From the sequence record KX258185.1: 32,000 nucleotides of DNA; one strand, written 5' to 3'. Below are positions 1-5,309 of this stretch, piece after piece. The notes beneath the pieces were generated by a model. It had not been told where the DNA came from, did not search any database, and saw only the letters and a list, made by a program, of their open reading frames with translations. The position numbers and the translations under genes are program-made. The stretch comes from Klebsiella phage vB_KpnM_KpV477. Positions within the stretch are counted from its first letter, which is position 1. Each line of letters starts with the position of its first letter.

Positions 1-53
1 TAGAAAACGATATCACCAACTTGTACTTCTCGACCTTTAGAATCTTTCATCAT
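1..53 (-). CDS. Partial small protein (MMKDSKGREVQVGDIVF...), runs off the window
   Basis: Open frame on the minus strand from ATG at 53 (or 50) to the window edge. Confidence 0.4.
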   Translation of the reverse strand, partial: MMKDSKGREVQVGDIVF

Positions 54-405
54 ATTTCGCCTGATAAATTTGTTTAAAATCAGTAATCAGCTCTTCTGGG
101 TTTAAGACATTATTAAACGGAAGAACTCGCCGCAGCTTACTTATATTACAGCCAGAATGATAAGCAATAATTTCTTGGATATCACGCTCACTGAAGTACT
201 CATATTTGATTAATGCTTCGTATCGGCATTTAATCCATACCCACATACCTTTGCGTTCATCAAAAGTATATGCAAAATCAGCATGAAGCATTAAATCACG
301 TTTAGCAGAAGACGATAATCCTAGAGCTAAATTAACAGGTCCATTCAAAGACAGTTTCACCGTAATAGCATTTACTTTATTTGCAACACCAATAAAAATA
401 TTCAT
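37..405 (-). CDS. Hypothetical protein, 122 aa
   Basis: ORF track; overlaps its neighbours by a few nt, as phage genes often do. Confidence 0.6.
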   Translation of the reverse strand: MNIFIGVANKVNAITVKLSLNGPVNLALGLSSSAKRDLMLHADFAYTFDERKGMWVWIKCRYEALIKYEYFSERDIQEIIAYHSGCNISKLRRVLPFNNVLNPEELITDFKQIYQAKYDERF

Positions 406-554
406 TCTATTTCCTTCGCTTGTTTTTGGCCTTCTTGTCGTGCACGAGAACGTCCTGCTTTATGCAATGATTCGTAATATGCTCGGCGTCTATCAATGTT
501 TTCTGTACGATATGCTTTCCCGAAATGGGATGTTTTGAAGCCGTAATATTTCAT
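402..554 (-). CDS. Small basic hypothetical protein (MKYYGFKTSHFGKAYR...), 50 aa; shorter start preferred to the 611 start in the track
   Basis: ATG at 554 is preceded by TTGAGAA-like SD; the longer ORF version would run into the tRNA-like element 580-723. Confidence 0.5.
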   Translation of the reverse strand: MKYYGFKTSHFGKAYRTENIDRRRAYYESLHKAGRSRARQEGQKQAKEIE

Positions 555-579
555 AATATAATTCTCAATGGCAAGTGAT

Positions 580-723
580 TGGACGGTATGCCCGGCCTCG
601 AACCGAGTCACATTGACTTTGCAGAATCTATGTGTTTAATATATCACCCATACTCGATAGCATATCTGAACGAGACTGCAATCCCGCTACTCAGCTTACG
701 CCATCTTGTATTGTGTCATACCG
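580..723 (-). ncRNA. 144-nt structured RNA with tRNA-like ends: 7-bp acceptor (CGGTATG/CATACCG), T-arm (CTCGG-TTCGAGG-CCGGG), discriminator T and encoded CCA
   Basis: Complementary ends, TTCGA T-loop, encoded CCA, 6-nt spacing from tRNA-Pro; internal TTGCAG/CTGCAA pairing; too long for a tRNA. Confidence 0.65.
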
Positions 724-729
724 TTAATT

Positions 730-806
730 TGGTCTCCATAGAATGACTCGAACATTCGACCTCTCCATCCCAAATGGAGCGCTCTACCAGACTGAGCTAT
801 ACGGAG
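730..806 (-). tRNA. tRNA-Pro (UGG)
   Basis: Cloverleaf CTCCGTA/TATGGAG, anticodon loop TTTGGGA, T-arm GAATG-TTCGAGT-CATTC, encoded ACCA. Confidence 0.93.
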
Positions 807-811
807 TAATT

Positions 812-886
812 TGGAGCATCCAAAGGGAATCGAACCCTTATCAAGTGAGTGGAAGTCACCTATAATAGCCGTTATACGATGGATGC
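812..886 (-). tRNA. tRNA-Gly (UCC)
   Basis: Acceptor GCATCCA/TGGATGC, anticodon loop CTTCCAC, T-arm AAGGG-TTCGATT-CCCTT, discriminator T + CCA. Confidence 0.93.
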
Positions 887-891
887 AAATT

Positions 892-966
892 TGGCAGGCC
901 CTGAAGGAATCGAACCCTCATCACTGGGTTTGGAGCCCAGCATAATAGCCGTTATACTAAGAACCT
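892..966 (-). tRNA. tRNA-Trp (CCA)
   Basis: Acceptor AGGTTCT/AGGGCCT, anticodon arm CTGGG-CTCCAAA-CCCAG, G73 + CCA. Confidence 0.9.
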
Positions 967-972
967 GTTATT

Positions 973-1048
973 TGGTGGGAGTAACTGGACTCGAACCAGT
1001 CACCGCTCGATTATCGGTCGAGAGCTCTACCAAATGAGCTATACTCCC
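973..1048 (-). tRNA. tRNA-Ile (GAU), loop CCGATAA
   Basis: Acceptor GGGAGTA/TACTCCC, anticodon arm CTCGA-CCGATAA-TCGAG, T-arm ACTGG-TTCGAGT-CCAGT, A73 + CCA. Confidence 0.88.
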
Positions 1049-1109
1049 ATGGAAAGCTAATCATCTAATTGTTGATGTACCACTGCTATGGACAGCGTTT
1101 AACTTTCAT
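1049..1109 (-). ncRNA. Small structured element, about 61 nt, in the gap between tRNA-Ser and tRNA-Ile
   Basis: Closing pairing ATGAAAGTT / AGCTTTCCAT (one bulge, one G-U), hairpin CGCTG-TCCATAG-CAGTG, hairpin CATC-AACAATTA-GATG. Confidence 0.4.
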
Positions 1110-1114
1110 AAATT

Positions 1115-1199
1115 TGGCGGAGAGTAAAGGAGTTGAACCCTCACCGTTTCCGGTGGCCCGGATTTCAAGTCCGGTTTGCTACCACTAGCGCTACTCTCC
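1115..1199 (-). tRNA. tRNA-Ser (UGA), long variable arm
   Basis: Acceptor GGAGAGT/ACTCTCC, anticodon arm CCGGA-CTTGAAA-TCCGG, variable arm CACCGGAAACGGTG, G73 + CCA. Confidence 0.93.
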
Positions 1200-1205
1200 A
1201 GTATT

Positions 1206-1291
1206 TGGTGAAGGAAGTGTCATTATAGACACAATTCGCTTAGCGACAGCCACAGCGTTTTGCGGGCCGTGTATTTTTCCACCATTCCTTC
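1206..1291 (-). ncRNA. 86-nt tRNA-like element, Leu-like 5' half, non-canonical anticodon and T loops, encoded ACCA
   Basis: Acceptor GAAGGAA/TTCCTTC; D-like stem GTG/CAC; variable-like TCGC-TAA-GCGA; T-like stem GTGTC-TATAAT-GACAC; 5-6 nt spacing to tRNA neighbours. Confidence 0.65.
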
Positions 1292-1296
1292 ATTGT

Positions 1297-1372
1297 TGGG
1301 GTGACCGATGGGAGTTGAACCCATGACTACGAGAATCACAATCTCGAGTTCTACCAACTGAACTACGGCCAC
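1297..1372 (-). tRNA. tRNA-His (GUG)
   Basis: Acceptor GTGGCCG/CGGTCAC, anticodon arm CGAGA-TTGTGAT-TCTCG, C73 + CCA. Confidence 0.92.
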
Positions 1373-1375
1373 ATC

Positions 1376-1464
1376 AATATTCACTCCATCCATCATGAGG
1401 ACTTCATACGAAATTAAGAGAAGAATGATCAGTTCAACCCCTGTAGACGCGTTGAATGAATATT
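1376..1464 (-). ncRNA. 89-nt structured element filling the tRNA-Gln to tRNA-His gap
   Basis: Closing stem AATATTCA/TGAATATT (8 bp), hairpin TTCAAC/GTTGAA (6 bp), ATCAT/ATGAT and CTTC/GAAG nested. Confidence 0.5.
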
Positions 1465-1468
1465 AATT

Positions 1469-1543
1469 TGGCTGGACTATCTGGATTCGAACCAGAGATA
1501 CCGGAGTCAAAGGCCGGTGACTTAACCGCTTGTCTATAGTCCA
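1469..1543 (-). tRNA. tRNA-Gln (UUG)
   Basis: Acceptor TGGACTA/TAGTCCA, anticodon loop CTTTGAC, T-arm CTGG-TTCGAAT-CCAG, G73 + CCA. Confidence 0.92.
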
Positions 1544-1548
1544 ATTGT

Positions 1549-1625
1549 TGGAGGCGGAGGCAGGACTCGAACCTGCGCGTGTCGGGATATGAGCCCAACA
1601 TTCTACCAACTGAAGTTACCCCGCA
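1549..1625 (-). tRNA. tRNA with CAU anticodon (Met; initiator-like features)
   Basis: TGCGGGG/CTCCGCC with 1:72 mismatch; anticodon arm TTGGG-CTCATAT-CCCGA; T-arm GCAGG-TTCGAGT-CCTGC; encoded CCA. Confidence 0.85.
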
Positions 1626-1634
1626 TTTATCCGG

Positions 1635-1771
1635 GTTCTTGAAGTACTAACAAGTAGCTTGATGTAGAACACGCTAAAGATATAATCTTACGAATATAGA
1701 GCTTATTCCGTGGGAACAAACAGCTTCGTCCTCGGCATTATCTTATAGGACTCAAACTCATCTTCAAGAAC
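1635..1771 (-). ncRNA. 137-nt structured element in the tRNA-Asp to tRNA-Met gap
   Basis: Perfect 10-bp closing inverted repeat GTTCTTGAAG/CTTCAAGAAC; internal GTTCC-CAC-GGAAT hairpin inside AGCT/AGCT; GTCC/GGAC pairing. Confidence 0.5.
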
Positions 1772-1786
1772 TGCCACGTTCTTATT

Positions 1787-1863
1787 TGGCGGACCTAGCG
1801 AGGATCGAACTCGCGCTCTCTCCCGTGACAGGGGAGTATTTTATCCAACTAAACTATAGGTCC
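1787..1863 (-). tRNA. tRNA-Asp (GUC)
   Basis: Acceptor GGACCTA/TAGGTCC, anticodon arm CTCCC-CTGTCAC-GGGAG, T-arm GCGAG-TTCGATC-CTCGC, G73 + CCA. Confidence 0.94.
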
Positions 1864-1867
1864 ATAA

Positions 1868-1986
1868 TTCGCTTTCAGAGATACTCTGGCACGATGCCGA
1901 AGCAAAGGGGAACAGGACTCTCATCACCTTGGTACCAGATGAATCTTGTTTAGCACTCTGTTCTAAGATGTATCCCTGAAAGCGAA
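1868..1986 (-). ncRNA. 119-nt structured element closed by a 17-bp stem
   Basis: Minus-sense TTCGCTTTCAGGGATAC pairs with GTATCTCTGAAAGCGAA (one G-U); internal GAACAG/CTGTTC, TTCATC/GATGAG, GGCA-TCG-TGCC. Confidence 0.6.
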
Positions 1987-2093
1987 CTTTCAACGCCGTA
2001 AGAAATTATAAGTACGTAGTTATCGTTGAGGGAACTCGTAAACAGGGAATTCTATGCCGACGATTTATCAGAACGTCTTCTGACTTCTATATT

Positions 2094-2178
2094 TGGCGGG
2101 CCGTGCAGGTATCGAACCTGCCTAGTCATTTCTGACACGGATTAACAGTCCGTCGCTTACCCTCTCAGCCAACGACCC
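2094..2178 (-). tRNA. tRNA with GUU anticodon (nominal Asn) and a long variable arm
   Basis: Acceptor GGGTCGT/ACGGCCC, anticodon arm ACGGA-CTGTTAA-TCCGT, variable arm GTCA-GAAA-TGAC, T-arm GCAGG-TTCGATA-CCTGC, G73 + CCA. Confidence 0.88.
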
Positions 2179-2184
2179 CGAATT

Positions 2185-2262
2185 TGGTAGAACGTGAGGG
2201 ATTTGAACCCATCGACATCTCGATTAAAAGTCGAGTGCTCTAACCAGATGAGCTAACGTTCT
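2185..2262 (-). tRNA. tRNA-Lys (UUU)
   Basis: Acceptor AGAACGT/ACGTTCT, D-arm GCTC/GAGC, anticodon arm CTCGA-CTTTTAA-TCGAG, A73 + CCA; T-stem has a bulged T. Confidence 0.9.
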
Positions 2263-2732
2263 ATATAACTATTTATAAATCTTCGTGCTTGGGTATGCGT
2301 AACATTTATGGCTTTAGCATATCTGTTAAGAGCTCCCCATTTTGTCATGTCCATTGAATTATATACTTCAATTCGTGAAGCAACTTCAGTGTCTGTCAGT
2401 TTTGAAGCGCTATTTTCTGAAATCTTTTTACGAGATTCTTCAGTATGATGTTTTCCTTTAAAATTATCACACTTGCCGCCATAAGGTTTTACTCCATTTT
2501 TAACAGCATCTCGTACATTATCAGCATTTGTAGCACAAAATACATTTGTTGGAGAATAAGGACCTTTGTCACCTATTCTGCACATGCAGTATTCATGACC
2601 TTTACGTCCACGCTCAGATAATTTTCCGGTAGATTTCCACCATTCAATCCAAGTATCATACGTAAATTCCCAAGGAATTCCACGATACAATGCATTATAT
2701 CTTTGTTGTTCGTATTTAATTTTCATAAACAC
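2253..2732 (-). CDS. HNH-type homing endonuclease-like protein, 159 aa
   Basis: Motif RIGDKGPYSPTNVFCATNADN resembles the phage HNH core; NUMOD3-like GKHHTEESRKKISE; GTG start at 2732 or ATG at 2726. Confidence 0.75.
   Translation of the reverse strand: MFMKIKYEQQRYNALYRGIPWEFTYDTWIEWWKSTGKLSERGRKGHEYCMCRIGDKGPYSPTNVFCATNADNVRDAVKNGVKPYGGKCDNFKGKHHTEESRKKISENSASKLTDTEVASRIEVYNSMDMTKWGALNRYAKAINVTHTQARRFINSYIER
2270..2277 (-). promoter_or_regulatory. T4-type late promoter box TATAAATA upstream of tRNA-Lys
   Basis: Exact TATAAATA on the minus strand 7 nt upstream of the mature tRNA-Lys 5' end. Confidence 0.55.
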
Positions 2733-2740
2733 TCTAAATT

Positions 2741-2827
2741 TGGTGGGGAGTGATGGAGTCGAACCACCCGAGCCTTTTGAGCAACAGATTTACAGTCTGT
2801 CCCGCTACCCCTACGGTCTAACGCCCC
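2741..2827 (-). tRNA. tRNA-Tyr (GUA), long variable arm
   Basis: Anticodon arm ACAGA-CTGTAAA-TCTGT, T-arm GGTGG-TTCGACT-CCATC, acceptor GGGGCGT/ACTCCCC with one mismatch, A73 + CCA. Confidence 0.9.
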
Positions 2828-2839
2828 AATGGATATTTT

Positions 2840-2847
2840 TATTTATA
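2840..2847 (-). promoter_or_regulatory. T4-type late promoter box TATAAATA upstream of tRNA-Tyr
   Basis: Exact TATAAATA on the minus strand 12 nt upstream of the mature tRNA-Tyr 5' end. Confidence 0.6.
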
Positions 2848-2909
2848 CTGCCCTGAAATTAATCAGAGCAGTTGATAGATTAATAATAACAAAGAAAACC
2901 TAAAGCATA

Positions 2910-3260
2910 TTACACAATCGGTGAGCTCTTTGATTTAACCAGGAATACACTATGTGGTGAATCCATATGAGATAGCAATACCCGGTGCTCAGGAATTGGA
3001 CTTGTATGGAAAGGAACCACACGATAACCTTTAGGCGTAAATCCTAGCAAAATACCAACGCTTGCTGCAGAAAGTGACCCGCCACAATAGTATGATACCA
3101 AATCACCAGGCTGGATTTCATTGTCAAGAGAATCAGTTTTGACATGCTTAGGCGTAACTAAATCATTAGGAATTGGAACGCCTTGTGCATCATGGTATTC
3201 ATGGGCAAGAAGCTTATAATTCTCTTGATAGAAAGTATTAAATGCAGCTCTGATATTCAT
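2910..3260 (-). CDS. Hypothetical protein (MNIRAAFNTFYQENYKLL...), start revised from 3320 to 3260
   Basis: ATG at 3260 preceded by GAGGAAATTGTG (SD). Confidence 0.6.
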   Translation of the reverse strand: MNIRAAFNTFYQENYKLLAHEYHDAQGVPIPNDLVTPKHVKTDSLDNEIQPGDLVSYYCGGSLSAASVGILLGFTPKGYRVVPFHTSPIPEHRVLLSHMDSPHSVFLVKSKSSPIV

Positions 3261-3276
3261 CACAATTTCCTCACAA

Positions 3277-3462
3277 TTAATCTTTGTATGCTTCAGTTGA
3301 ACCTTTAGCAACAGTCTCAAACCGAGAGTTCAGTATCTCAAAATAGTCCTGATACGTTCCCTGGAGGGCTTCATAGCATTCTTCTACTGTAGAGTAGACA
3401 CCTCTGATTTGGTCAGAGCCAGGAGCAGGATAATAATTAGACCAAGTTAAAAGTGCATACAT
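3277..3462 (-). CDS. Hypothetical protein, 61 aa
   Basis: ORF track; start overlaps the upstream stop. Confidence 0.55.
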   Translation of the reverse strand: MYALLTWSNYYPAPGSDQIRGVYSTVEECYEALQGTYQDYFEILNSRFETVAKGSTEAYKD

Positions 3463-3641
3463 TACTTACGTTTCCAGCTGTAGTGAGCCAAAATAAGAAG
3501 CACTGCAACGGCAAGTAGTGATGAATGCAATGCTGCCAGTAGTGCACCTAGTCCTACACCCAAAGTAACATAATCATACTTAGTTACTTCTTCACGGTTT
3601 AAATCATAGTTTTTGATGAACCACTGCTTAATCTTTTTCAT
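3462..3641 (-). CDS. Small membrane protein, 59 aa (MKKIKQWFIKNYDLNREEVTKYDYVTLGVGLGALLAALHSSLLAVAVLLILAHYSWKRK)
   Basis: Read from sequence (below the ORF-track cutoff); hydrophobic segment; coupled start/stop with both neighbours. Confidence 0.6.
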   Translation of the reverse strand: MKKIKQWFIKNYDLNREEVTKYDYVTLGVGLGALLAALHSSLLAVAVLLILAHYSWKRK

Positions 3642-3807
3642 GTGCTATTTTATCCATTATGAAAGAAATGATACCCATTAGAAATGCAACACTTAATACT
3701 GATAAGGTTTCAGGTAAAGACATAAAGGCTGCACCGATAATGCCAAACCCTAACGCTCCCATGCAGATAGTTGATGCAACATTTCTAATTAATTCACAAC
3801 GTTTCAT
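3628..3807 (-). CDS. Small membrane protein, 59 aa (MKRCELIRNVASTICMGALGFGIIGAAFMSLPETLSVLSVAFLMGIISFIMDKIAHEKD)
   Basis: Read from sequence; SD GAGGAGAAT upstream; two hydrophobic segments. Confidence 0.6.
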   Translation of the reverse strand: MKRCELIRNVASTICMGALGFGIIGAAFMSLPETLSVLSVAFLMGIISFIMDKIAHEKD

Positions 3808-3882
3808 TTTATTCTCCTCAAGTTGATAGGGTTATAGTATCACTACTACAACCCGTTGTAAACAACTTTGTGAAATAAATTT

Positions 3883-4567
<685 letters not shown>

Positions 4568-4571
<4 letters not shown>

Positions 4572-5305
4572 TTTTGAATTCCTAATATAGTGTTGATTTT
4601 TGAATAAAGCTCTTCTAGAGAACCGTCGTTAGTTATTACGATATCGCCTTCGCGAATCGGAAGTCCACGCTCTGTGACGTGAGTATCTTTTTTAGAACCT
4701 TCTTGCTCAGGACGAACTACATGAATAACTGTAGCACCCATCGCCCTGGCTACATCAAGTTCATGGTCTTGACGAGTATCTGGGACAATGAAATAATCAT
4801 AATCACCAAAAGTATCAGCCATAACCAAAGTGAATCGTTTTACCCAATACATGCGATCGAGCTTATCACAGACAATGTCAGTCCCAAGGGTCTGCATGAG
4901 ACGACGAATTGACCATGGCTCAACAGGTTTATTTATTACAACTTTACGGATGACTTCCATCGTATCACCGTCAAGTATTTTACGTTTGTTATCATAAACC
5001 ACGCCAGGTAAAGGCAAATCATGATGAACATATTCAATCGCGTTCGCCATGATACGAATCACGTCTTTAGTAGACAGATTTAAATCTTGTTCGCGATCGT
5101 AATCAATGCCCTCAATCATAGACCGAGTGATGCGAGGAAACTCACGAGACGTATCACGATACCACTCAATAAGCATAGCATCAGCTAGTGCATCTTTAAT
5201 TGGACCCGCTAACTGATGCTTTGTTGCATTGTAGTTATCCATAATGTAATCAGCAGTAGTGTCTTTGCCACTGCGTTTTTTACCAATCAAAAATAAAAGC
5301 TTCAA
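4568..5305 (-). CDS. 1: Deoxynucleoside monophosphate kinase
   Basis: P-loop LIGKKRSGKDTT, T4 gene 1 position. Confidence 0.9.
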
Positions 5306-5309
5306 ATTA

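Noticed and set aside
555-611. N-terminal extension of the 402..611 ORF
   Set aside because: The extension reads into the spacer and the T-arm end of the 144-nt tRNA-like RNA; the internal ATG at 554 has a better ribosome-binding context
580-723. Interpretation of the 144-nt element as a tRNA with a group I intron
   Set aside because: The extra sequence (about 65-70 nt beyond a tRNA) is much too short for a group I intron and no recognisable anticodon arm flanks it; not formally excluded for other small insertions
849-1037. Plus-strand 62-aa ORF (…GPEGIEPSSLGLEPSII…GLEPVTARLSVESS)
   Set aside because: It is the antisense of tRNA-Gly, tRNA-Trp and tRNA-Ile; GLEPVT-type peptides are a classic tRNA-antisense artefact
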